In this document: in pieces, positions 10,904 through 19,014 of the stretch
Layout of the letters: each line of letters begins with the position of its first letter
Numbering within the stretch: the first letter of the stretch is position 1
Source of the DNA: a virus
Lineage: Duplodnaviria > Caudoviricetes
Direction: 5' to 3' (one strand)
Virus record (IMG/VR): IMGVR_UViG_3300021256_000056
Span: 131,096-195,095 of that record
DNA length: 64,000 nucleotides
Program-made: the position numbers and the translations under genes
Notes under the pieces: generated by a model
The model's database searches: none
What the model was told of the DNA's origin: nothing
What the model saw: the letters and a program-made list of their open reading frames with translations, nothing else

Positions 10904-13885
10904 TTAAACCCCGAATTCATAGCCTCTTTGAGGTACTGTTCTTCCTCCGTGGTTGAGACTATCCATGACTTTTGCAATAATACTTGGCGTTAACGCGTCG
11001 GCAATCTGCGCTTGAAGTTGTTTAGAAAGTGTCTTGTCGACGCCTTCAGTTCCTTTAATATTGATATCATCGCCTCTGAAGTTGAAGTCTATGCTACCAA
11101 ATTCAATCCTTATGGGCTTTTCTGGTGCGGGTACTGATGGTGTAACATTTATTTTTGTATCTGGTCTTGGCACTATTGGGGTAATCGCTCCGTTCGCACT
11201 ATTATTAATAGCGTTAAATAAGGCTTTTTGCTGGCCCATGTTCAATACCATTTCACCCGCATTTGTCATCACTGGTATTCTATCACCAGTCCTAGAATTG
11301 CCCTCGACGATGCCACCGCCAGCTTTTTTCTGTGCTTTAACAACCTGTACCTTAACAACTTCATTCTTGAAGAAGGATTCTATTTCATTAACAGTTTCTG
11401 CGTCACCGTTTTCCTTCATTTTGGCCATAAGCTTGCCACTTAAGAACTCGTTACCTTCTATTGCTGCATTGATTTTCTTAAGTTCGCTTAAACTATAATC
11501 ACCATTAAGATGAAGTCCCTTCTCCTGTATCTTTGATTTCTGATTTGCTTTATCGCGTGCCTTTGTTCCAAAGATGCCTGAGGCTAATCCCCCAATTCCG
11601 CCAATCGCAGCACCAATTGCGGTTCCAATACCTGGTGCAATTGCGCTTCCAATGCTTGCACCCAGGGCACCCATACTGAGCGCTCGACTTCCTGCATGTC
11701 CCACATAATCACCAGCACTACCTGTTTTCATTGCCCCACTAGCCAGGGCGGCATCCAATAATAGTTCTCCGCCTAATCCGACCCAGCCAGCAATGTTTGC
11801 ACCTTTTGCAAATTTTCCTAGTTTTGCGGCGGCGTTTAACGGCTTTCCTTTTGAGAATACTCTTGCAGCATCTTTAGTGTATTTCGGTTTTACGCCAGGC
11901 CTAGACTGATTAACGGCCTTCCAGGTATTATTCGATGTTTTTTCGGCAACATATTGTTCTCCCTTGTATTCGTAAAGCCCTCCTTTTACTATGTTTTTTG
12001 GCATGCCGCCTTTGGTGCCCTTTAGACCTCCACTGAAAATATTTCTTGCGCCAGGAAGTAAATGGCTTCCGCCCCTAACCATATTAAATGCTCCACCGAC
12101 GGCTCCTGCCACTCCGCTAATTACTCTTCCCCCTGCTATGGCATAAAGAATCATCCTCATTTCGCCTACGGTATTAACAAGACTTTGTATTCCCTTGCCA
12201 ATTCCCATAGATTCCACCATATTCGCGTGGGTGGCTTCCTTTTGTGCCTTAAAGCCTTGTATTGAGTCATCCCAACCCCTTAATCTCTGTGCGATGTCCT
12301 TTACATCCTCACTTTCTGTCCTAGCAACCTCTCTAAGATATTTTACATCTGCGCTGGTGATGTTCTTTGCCGACTTAAATTTTCCATTGATAACTGCGCC
12401 AGCGGTTCCATTCTGAATTATACCAACATTTTTGAGTAACTCTGCAGTATCTTTATCAATATTGGTATTACCAGAAATTTGCCGTGCTATTTCGTTTCTC
12501 CTGGCATTTGAGTTTATTGATTCAAAAAGATTATTGGCGTCAAGCCCCATAGATTGGGCGGCAGCTTTAATCCTTTGACGGTTAAATGATGATATCTCGA
12601 CCTCTCCTGTTCTTCTATTGAAACTTCCCAAGTTTCCGAACATCTGTATCATTCGGTCCTGAAGTCCCTCCATATCATTCAACCCCTCATATAGCATTCC
12701 AAGAGGGTCTGCCATCTGAGCAAATGGCCCACCCAATACCTGTAATTGTGCACCAGTTGTAATAGCCCCTTCTACTGTACTCACCTTATCGGCAAATGCT
12801 GCGGCTTGAGACATGTTAAGGTTGATTTGAGAGGCTTTTTCTGCCATACTGGCAAGCCCCTGCAAACCATTCTTAAAAGTGTATCTTTGTGCTAATGAAA
12901 TATTATCAAGAAATGCCTTGGACAAATTTTCCCAGACTAATCCCTTCTTTGAGGCGCTAGCGAACATTTTACCAGCACGTTTTCCTGCTTCCTCCATTGA
13001 GAGGCCGAAATTCTCCAGCCTTCCCATGAACTGTCCAGTATTATCCCCTAGAATCTTGCTGGTGGCAGCCATGCTTTCCATACCAGCATTGGTTGCCATA
13101 ACTTGTCGGCCTGTATTCTTAACGAAACTCTCCTGGAGTTTCATTAGTTGTTCAACACCAACGTTATATTTTATACCAAAACCACCCTTGTCAACAAGTG
13201 AAATTGACCTCTTTCTGAAGTCATCCATTGCTTTGCCAGACAAACCAATTTGTTTTGCATAATTGGCTGCTGCCTGGCTCATCTTGCCCCACGGGCCTAA
13301 TGCTTTGGTAACAGATTCGCCTATTTGTTTGGCTCCTTCACCAATTTCTTTGAAACTTTGTTTTAGGAGCTTGAATCTATTTTCAGTATTTTTAGAAAAG
13401 CGGTCTAAAGAATTATAACCAGTTTTTTCAACTTCAATCTTTTTCTTGGTAAGATTGGTAAGCTCTTCTTCATACTTCTTTTCTAATTGTTTGTCTTTAA
13501 GTAATAACTTTTGAGTTTTGAGTTGGTCCGACCTGGCCCCGTCAATTTCTTTTGATATTTTTCTTCTTTCAGATTGAATTTTTTTTAATTTTTCTTCTGA
13601 ATCTCTTATATCATCTAAAATATCTTTTTCCTTGGTCCCATATTTTATCAATAACTCCCTCTCTCTCTTGGTATCCTTAATTGCATCATTAATAGAATCT
13701 ATAGAATCTTTTATGCCTTCAACTTTTTTCTTTAATTCAGCAGCTTTTTTAACTTCATCAGCAGTTTTCCTTGAGGCGGCACTAGTATTCTCCCTGATAT
13801 CTCTCATAATACCAGTAATCGACTCTAAGACTTGTTTTAAGTCTTGAGAGTTTTGGAGTGTTGTGCCTGTTGTATTATTACCCAT
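10904..13885 (-). CDS. Tape measure protein
   Basis: Long coiled coil, Ala/Gly-rich hydrophobic segments, C-terminal AGGGIV...GDRIPVM...GEMVLN motif; precedes baseplate genes. Confidence 0.75.
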   Translation of the reverse strand: MGNNTTGTTLQNSQDLKQVLESITGIMRDIRENTSAASRKTADEVKKAAELKKKVEGIKDSIDSINDAIKDTKRERELLIKYGTKEKDILDDIRDSEEKLKKIQSERRKISKEIDGARSDQLKTQKLLLKDKQLEKKYEEELTNLTKKKIEVEKTGYNSLDRFSKNTENRFKLLKQSFKEIGEGAKQIGESVTKALGPWGKMSQAAANYAKQIGLSGKAMDDFRKRSISLVDKGGFGIKYNVGVEQLMKLQESFVKNTGRQVMATNAGMESMAATSKILGDNTGQFMGRLENFGLSMEEAGKRAGKMFASASKKGLVWENLSKAFLDNISLAQRYTFKNGLQGLASMAEKASQINLNMSQAAAFADKVSTVEGAITTGAQLQVLGGPFAQMADPLGMLYEGLNDMEGLQDRMIQMFGNLGSFNRRTGEVEISSFNRQRIKAAAQSMGLDANNLFESINSNARRNEIARQISGNTNIDKDTAELLKNVGIIQNGTAGAVINGKFKSAKNITSADVKYLREVARTESEDVKDIAQRLRGWDDSIQGFKAQKEATHANMVESMGIGKGIQSLVNTVGEMRMILYAIAGGRVISGVAGAVGGAFNMVRGGSHLLPGARNIFSGGLKGTKGGMPKNIVKGGLYEYKGEQYVAEKTSNNTWKAVNQSRPGVKPKYTKDAARVFSKGKPLNAAAKLGKFAKGANIAGWVGLGGELLLDAALASGAMKTGSAGDYVGHAGSRALSMGALGASIGSAIAPGIGTAIGAAIGGIGGLASGIFGTKARDKANQKSKIQEKGLHLNGDYSLSELKKINAAIEGNEFLSGKLMAKMKENGDAETVNEIESFFKNEVVKVQVVKAQKKAGGGIVEGNSRTGDRIPVMTNAGEMVLNMGQQKALFNAINNSANGAITPIVPRPDTKINVTPSVPAPEKPIRIEFGSIDFNFRGDDINIKGTEGVDKTLSKQLQAQIADALTPSIIAKVMDSLNHGGRTVPQRGYEFGV

Positions 13886-13909
13886 AAAAACTTTCTAATA
13901 TATTTTCTA

Positions 13910-13918
13910 ATAAATAGG
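13910..13918 (-). promoter_or_regulatory. Putative late promoter variant CCTATTTAT
   Basis: ATAAATAGG upstream of ATG 13885. Confidence 0.6.
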
Positions 13919-13940
13919 TTATTGTGATTTTTCTTAAAAG

Positions 13941-13974
13941 AAAAAACCCACTTCAAAAGAAATGGGTTTATTTT
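13941..13974 (-). terminator. Possible intrinsic terminator
   Basis: aaaccca...tgggttt imperfect stem with T run on minus strand. Confidence 0.45.
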
Positions 13975-14276
13975 TAAAGATTTTGTCTTTTTTGTTGCTC
14001 CATTTTCGCATAGGCATTGAGAGCCACACCATTAACAGTACTTGAATTTCCTCCGTTAGCCTTGTTTTCATTCTTCTTTCTTTCAGCTTCGGCTCCCTCC
14101 TGTTCCATATTATGTTTCATAATAATGAACTTTCTTTGCTGTATTGGCATTTGCCAAAGTGTTTCATAAGGAAGTCCAATATATCTGAAACAGCCCCAGA
14201 GTTCTTCTTGTAGTGCTGCCTCGTAATTATCAGGCAATGTTGAGAAAAATAAATTGGTCAGTCTGAAGAAACACAC
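13974..14276 (-). CDS. Tail assembly chaperone extension (gpT-like), probably reached by frameshift
   Basis: Overlaps end of 14230..15549 in +1 frame; no ATG before conserved-looking YETLWQMPIQQRKF; directly upstream of tape measure. Confidence 0.55.
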   Translation of the reverse strand: MCFFRLTNLFFSTLPDNYEAALQEELWGCFRYIGLPYETLWQMPIQQRKFIIMKHNMEQEGAEAERKKNENKANGGNSSTVNGVALNAYAKMEQQKRQNL

Positions 14277-15549
14277 TCATAGAGCCACCTCCGAGACTCT
14301 CGGGTTTCTCAATTGTTAGATTATAATCAAGTCCTGGCTCATTTTCGTTAATATATTTTCTAAGTGCTGATGAATCTTTGACATTCATTTTTCTTACATA
14401 ATCCCTAATATAACCTCTATCGGTTACACCATTTACGGACATGATAGACATTTCGAGTCTATTGGTAACAGAATGAGTATAAAGAAGCTCTTCTTCATCG
14501 ATGCTGTCAGACCAATTTTCAAGCGTCCTTACAGCCTCTCTTGCTTTAGCCTTTGCTGCGCGGTCGAGTGTCTTATCACTTTCTATAAATTCATCAATTT
14601 CCCCAGCGAAATATGAAAGTCTTGCCTTCTTAAGAACTTCATTTTCCATTTCTTCAAATTTCTGCAAATCAAGATTGTTTTGATGGCTGAGGAATCTAAA
14701 CTTAATTTGGTCTTTTGAGAGTGGTAGTTCATAATCAAAGTATCCATTTGCGTCACCTTTGAGATTAAAGGGCTTAAACTGAATTTGAGAAAGGTCTACT
14801 GTTGTGTCAAATTGCTCACCCGTAACATCGTCCGTTGCAGTAATTGGATATTCATTGCCATAGCCACTTGCCCTTAAGAAAAGAATAATTGCGTCCCTAT
14901 CGCCTTCGAGGAGGTCTCCTGTTGCAACTTCATCACTCATAACCTTCTGCTCAAGAATAGTGTCGATAATGAGGTTGTCTCTATAAAGGTTTGGAGCGAT
15001 AATCATATTTTCATCGTATGCTGTTAAATATGAGACGGGAACTTTGCTAGTTTTGGTTTTATAACATTCTCCCTTTGAGGGAAGTGGAATCATATCAAAA
15101 CTTTCGTGGTTCTCGAAACTATTTTTCTTTGGTATAAAACTTAAATCCCTATTAAATGTTTCTTCGGCCTTAAAAACATTCTTCTCTTCTTTTTTTGGTG
15201 ATGGAGCATTATTTACGCTTTCACTAATTGAAGCTGCAATAGAGTCGGTAATGTTTGACTTCGTTTTTCTAACCCTCTTCTTTTTCTTTAACTCTTCTGG
15301 GTCCCCACCACGAGCTATATAGTCATCGTATATATCTTCCTGGCTCCTCTTGAGGAGGTCTACCTGTTCCTGGATTTTATCATCAGGAAAAATGCGATTG
15401 CCATCCTTATCAATCTTTTCTTTCATGTTTTTGACCGTTTCGGCAATAGTTTTTTCATACATTTCATATGATGCCCTGTCAATTGCGAGCATTTTTTCGT
15501 TTTCAGCATTTTGATTCTGATTAACGGCTTTTTCTTCTATATTATCCAT
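14230..15549 (-). CDS. Tail/baseplate assembly chaperone (T4 gp26-like)
   Basis: IPLPSKG...YLTAYDENMI...LLEGDRDAIILFLRASGYGNEY...LPLSK..IKFRFL motifs. Confidence 0.65.
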   Translation of the reverse strand: MDNIEEKAVNQNQNAENEKMLAIDRASYEMYEKTIAETVKNMKEKIDKDGNRIFPDDKIQEQVDLLKRSQEDIYDDYIARGGDPEELKKKKRVRKTKSNITDSIAASISESVNNAPSPKKEEKNVFKAEETFNRDLSFIPKKNSFENHESFDMIPLPSKGECYKTKTSKVPVSYLTAYDENMIIAPNLYRDNLIIDTILEQKVMSDEVATGDLLEGDRDAIILFLRASGYGNEYPITATDDVTGEQFDTTVDLSQIQFKPFNLKGDANGYFDYELPLSKDQIKFRFLSHQNNLDLQKFEEMENEVLKKARLSYFAGEIDEFIESDKTLDRAAKAKAREAVRTLENWSDSIDEEELLYTHSVTNRLEMSIMSVNGVTDRGYIRDYVRKMNVKDSSALRKYINENEPGLDYNLTIEKPESLGGGSMSVFLQTDQFIFLNIA

Positions 15550-15601
15550 ATTATAACGTTTTTTCTTAATAATTCATGTTTATTAGGCTTTTTCTTAATA
15601 A

Positions 15602-16123
15602 TTAATGCCTTTGCTTTTTTTTCTGCTCTTTTTCGTATTTTTCTCGATATTCAGTAAGTTTTTCGGTTAATACCTTTCTTACGTAATTCGGGTTATTGTT
15701 TATGTCGTGTTCCCAAATTCGTATAACGGGGATTCCGTGTGCCGCGGCCCATAAATCTTTTTCTTTATCTACCCACTCTGTATGCTTCTGCATTTTATTC
15801 TTTTCCTCATGAATAAGACCGTGTCCATGAAAATAATCACCATCCACTTCAATAATAACATTATCTTGAGGGAGATAAAAATCAAAATATCGCCCAATCT
15901 CCACTGCTTTAAACTGATAGACATATTTCACCCCCATCCTGTCTAAAAAATCTTTAGCAAAGCGTTGTTCTAACTTTGAAGTGCCATATTCTGGATGCGG
16001 CCTTTTACTTCTTGGTAAAGGACTTTTCTTAGGGGGCTTGGGTAGCCTTGGGTCTTTTGGTTTAACCGATTTTACCTTAGTATGTTTTATTTTGGGCATT
16101 CCTCTTTTAATCGGTTGTGTCAT
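15602..16123 (-). CDS. DUF559/Vsr-like PD-(D/E)xK endonuclease
   Basis: FDFYLP...IEVDGDYFH...KD...VIRIWEHDI. Confidence 0.8.
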   Translation of the reverse strand: MTQPIKRGMPKIKHTKVKSVKPKDPRLPKPPKKSPLPRSKRPHPEYGTSKLEQRFAKDFLDRMGVKYVYQFKAVEIGRYFDFYLPQDNVIIEVDGDYFHGHGLIHEEKNKMQKHTEWVDKEKDLWAAAHGIPVIRIWEHDINNNPNYVRKVLTEKLTEYREKYEKEQKKKQRH

Positions 16124-16445
16124 TCTCGTATGTCTTTTTGAAAAAATAATTGTCTTTCATTGCGTCAAAAATACCCTCAATTTTCTCGCAATTGTCTTTA
16201 AATTTTATTACATCTTCTGAATCCAATTCAAACCACTCTCCTTTAACTCTTTTTCCCGCATACCATTGATGCAACATATTTTCCATTAAAAATGGATGCT
16301 TTGTCTCAAACTTATTCACTAAATATATTTCACCTGAGTTACCAGTCTGGAGTTTCTTAATTCTCTTCTCTACACTTCCTCTTGTAACCCCAATTTTATA
16401 GTAACCCTCTTTTTCCCAATCTCCTAATATATACACATAGCCCAT
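16107..16445 (-). CDS. GIY-YIG nuclease family protein (T5orf172-like)
   Basis: GYVYIL...YKIGVT...KRIKKLQTGN...E..LH...GEWF. Confidence 0.85.
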   Translation of the reverse strand: MGYVYILGDWEKEGYYKIGVTRGSVEKRIKKLQTGNSGEIYLVNKFETKHPFLMENMLHQWYAGKRVKGEWFELDSEDVIKFKDNCEKIEGIFDAMKDNYFFKKTYENDTTD

Positions 16446-16512
16446 ATGATACTCTTTTACATAGAAAAAATATGTCTTTCTCTTTATTAGTCAAGAAAAA
16501 ACGTTTTTTCAG

Positions 16513-16521
16513 ACTATTTAT
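16513..16521 (+). promoter_or_regulatory. Putative late promoter ACTATTTAT
   Basis: Exact motif upstream of ATG 16553. Confidence 0.75.
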
Positions 16522-16552
16522 GTAAAAATCATAGGACATAATTTTTAATATT

Positions 16553-17047
16553 ATGAAAACAACGAAACAAAATATCAATGAAATAAAAAGAATCGCTAAA
16601 TCTATGCCTAAATCCATAAACGAGGCTGTTTATGAAGAATTTAGTGATGCAAATAGTGATTTGCAACCAGAAGATGATATGAGGAAAAAGATGGCAGTTC
16701 CTGCCGCTCAGGGTCCTGTTGTTGACGGTCCACAGGGTGAAGATGAACCTTCTGCACCTGCAGTAGATAATGGCGCTGTTGAAGCCCCTGTTACTGATGC
16801 TGGGGCTGCTGATATGGGTGCCGCCGCTGATATGGGGGAGGAAAAAGAAGGAGAAGATTCTTTAAACGTTGAGCAATTTGTTGATGATATCCGTAAGAAA
16901 TCACTTAGGGGAATGGCACAACTTGCCGAAAACCCTGATGATGAAAGATATCAGCTTTTGAAAAAGATATGGCAGATTTGTGATAAAAAGCCTGAACAGC
17001 AAACTGCATTTAGTAATCCCAATCAAGTTCCTCAAAAGAAAATATAA
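16553..17047 (+). CDS. Acidic low-complexity late protein, putative head internal protein
   Basis: INEIKRIAKSM...SINE leader; late motif upstream. Confidence 0.6.
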   Translation: MKTTKQNINEIKRIAKSMPKSINEAVYEEFSDANSDLQPEDDMRKKMAVPAAQGPVVDGPQGEDEPSAPAVDNGAVEAPVTDAGAADMGAAADMGEEKEGEDSLNVEQFVDDIRKKSLRGMAQLAENPDDERYQLLKKIWQICDKKPEQQTAFSNPNQVPQKKI

Positions 17048-17061
17048 AAAACATTTTACCT

Positions 17062-17070
17062 ACTATTTAT
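17062..17070 (+). promoter_or_regulatory. Putative late promoter ACTATTTAT
   Basis: Exact motif upstream of tail tube ATG 17112. Confidence 0.8.
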
Positions 17071-17111
17071 AAACAAATCAAAGAATAAACAAAAGAAAAC
17101 ATATATTAGTC

Positions 17112-17600
17112 ATGTCAGATATTCTTTTAAAAATGCCATTGGTTTACGAGCCATTGAAGAAGAATAGATTTGTCCTCCGCTTCCCTGCAGACCTTGGTAT
17201 ACAGGAGTGGACGTTGGTTTCTGCAAAGAGGCCTTCAATAAACCAGAATGCGGTTGAGATTCAGTTTTTAAATACATCTACCTGGGTTCTTGGTCGTTAT
17301 GTTTGGGAAGATATCACAGTAACTTTCCGTGACCCTATTGGACCTTCAACTTCACAGGCCGCAATGGAGTGGATTAGGCTTGGTTCTGAATCACTTACTG
17401 GACGTCAGGGCTATGCTGCTGGCTACAAGCGCGATATTGAACTTGACATGCTCGACCCAAACGGCGTAGTTGCTCAACGTTGGATATTAAAGAACGCATT
17501 TGTAACAGTAGCAGACTTTGGAGAACTTTCTATGAGTGATGATAGCCTCGCCGAGGTAACTGTTACGCTTAAGATGGACTATGCAATTCTTGCTTACTAA
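17112..17600 (+). CDS. Tail tube protein (T4 gp19-like)
   Basis: EPLKKNRFVLRF...GRYVWEDITVTFRDPI...YKRDIELDMLDPNG...WIL...DYA. Confidence 0.88.
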   Translation: MSDILLKMPLVYEPLKKNRFVLRFPADLGIQEWTLVSAKRPSINQNAVEIQFLNTSTWVLGRYVWEDITVTFRDPIGPSTSQAAMEWIRLGSESLTGRQGYAAGYKRDIELDMLDPNGVVAQRWILKNAFVTVADFGELSMSDDSLAEVTVTLKMDYAILAY

Positions 17601-17623
17601 TTGATTGTAATCATTTATATTAT

Positions 17624-17657
17624 AAAAGAGCAGCCTTCCAGGTTGTTCTTTTTTTTT
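17624..17657 (+). terminator. Intrinsic terminator
   Basis: aaaagagcagcct-tcc-aggttgttctttt followed by T run. Confidence 0.7.
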
Positions 17658-17704
17658 ATTAAATATGTTCGGAATTATCCCTGTGTATTGCAAAGATTGA
17701 TAGC

Positions 17705-18805
17705 TTACTTGAACAGGTCTTCCACATCACCAAATTCACCGTTGTTTTCAAAAGGGGATTTTAATTGTTTTGTGGAGAATACTATATATGTTTCACTCAT
17801 ACTGGCCTCTCCATAGAAGCCCTCCCTGATATTATGAAAAACAACACCATCATAACCAAGTTCCTGAGCTAAACAAGCTATTGATTCATTATCTAATGAA
17901 AACCAGCTACCACGCGCATATCTATTGCGGTTTAAGCCGTGCTCACAATATTTGTCAAACAAATCATTATATGCGTTACAGTTCTGCGGGGTTATTGATA
18001 TATCATTCCATGGTCTACCTTCACAATCAATGTGCAATGGATTTAAAACCCTTGCACATAACGGATAAGTACCGCCATGTCCGAGGTATCCGTCTTCTTC
18101 AAACATTTTAGCAGTAAGTTCATCCCTTATCTGTTTTGTCGTTGGAAACACCCTTCTAATCCACGCATCCAAAAATCTTCTGTCATTTGGGCTATCATCG
18201 CATGATGGTGTAAGTATTGGCATACCATTGCGCCCACCAACATAACATAAACGGCCAACATTTTTATTATAATACTTTTCAAAAACCCCCTTGCATATAA
18301 CGAGCCATTTACGCGAGTTTTCAATATTCAAACCATATTTTCTATAACTCTCGATTTTTTCTGGTTCGTATGTTTTTTTTAATTCATCATCATATTCGAG
18401 TTTAATTGTCTCAAACGCATCATCATCAATTAAATAAACTTTATTGGAATCATCACCATGAGTAAAATACTTGTTATACAAATCCAATACATCTTCGTCA
18501 GATAATTTGTTAAGAGTCTCTTTATTTATGAACATGCGCATATTGCCGCCGCTGAAAAAACTAGCGTCGTTAATACTTGAAAGATGTATAAACGGTGTGT
18601 TGAACCTGTTAAAACCGAAAGTCCTCGTAGCATGGCCCAATAATAGTGGCCTGCCATTCTTGTCAACCATCTTCGAACCCGCGAACCAACGCTTGAAGTT
18701 GTCACTCATATATATGTTATCAAGATAATTTTCCCTTAGTATTATCTTTACACATGAGGAAACCATCTCAAATAAATCACTCTCATTTAACATTACTCTA
18801 TTCAT
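17705..18805 (-). CDS. ADP-ribosyltransferase-like (ART-PolyVal type) protein with N-terminal leader
   Basis: NFKRWFAGSKMVDKNGRPLLLGHAT...NPL...LGYDGVVF...YIVFSTKQLKS..NNGEF. Confidence 0.72.
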   Translation of the reverse strand: MNRVMLNESDLFEMVSSCVKIILRENYLDNIYMSDNFKRWFAGSKMVDKNGRPLLLGHATRTFGFNRFNTPFIHLSSINDASFFSGGNMRMFINKETLNKLSDEDVLDLYNKYFTHGDDSNKVYLIDDDAFETIKLEYDDELKKTYEPEKIESYRKYGLNIENSRKWLVICKGVFEKYYNKNVGRLCYVGGRNGMPILTPSCDDSPNDRRFLDAWIRRVFPTTKQIRDELTAKMFEEDGYLGHGGTYPLCARVLNPLHIDCEGRPWNDISITPQNCNAYNDLFDKYCEHGLNRNRYARGSWFSLDNESIACLAQELGYDGVVFHNIREGFYGEASMSETYIVFSTKQLKSPFENNGEFGDVEDLFK

Positions 18806-18823
18806 AAAAACAGGCCGTTTTTA

Positions 18824-18832
18824 ATAAATAGT
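18824..18832 (-). promoter_or_regulatory. Putative late promoter ACTATTTAT
   Basis: ATAAATAGT upstream of ATG 18805. Confidence 0.75.
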
Positions 18833-18839
18833 TATATAA

Positions 18840-18959
18840 TCAGTAAGGTACTGATAATTTCACAAGACTTGCGAATCCGTCCTCAACCTTGCGGTGATTC
18901 ATACGGAAGCAGAATTCATCCATATGGGTTTACATATGCTTTACCGACATATGTTTATA
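18840..18959 (-). pseudogene. Remnant of IS1595-family transposase C-terminus
   Basis: Manual translation YKHMSVKHM*THMDEFCFRMNHRKVEDGF matches IS1595 pattern YH.VS.KHLQ.Y..EF.FR.N.R; internal stop. Confidence 0.7.
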
Positions 18960-18963
18960 TAAA

Positions 18964-18998
18964 AAAAATAAGTAGAGTATTATACTCTACTTATTTTT
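18964..18998 (-). terminator. Terminator of tail sheath gene
   Basis: aaaaataagtagagtat/atactctacttattttt long inverted repeat. Confidence 0.75.
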
Positions 18999-19014
18999 CA
19001 TTATGTTAGTATTT

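Noticed and set aside
15602-16445. GIY-YIG plus DUF559 pair as a mobile homing element or defence system
   Set aside because: Both are short single-domain genes common in large phages, with no intron context or other support
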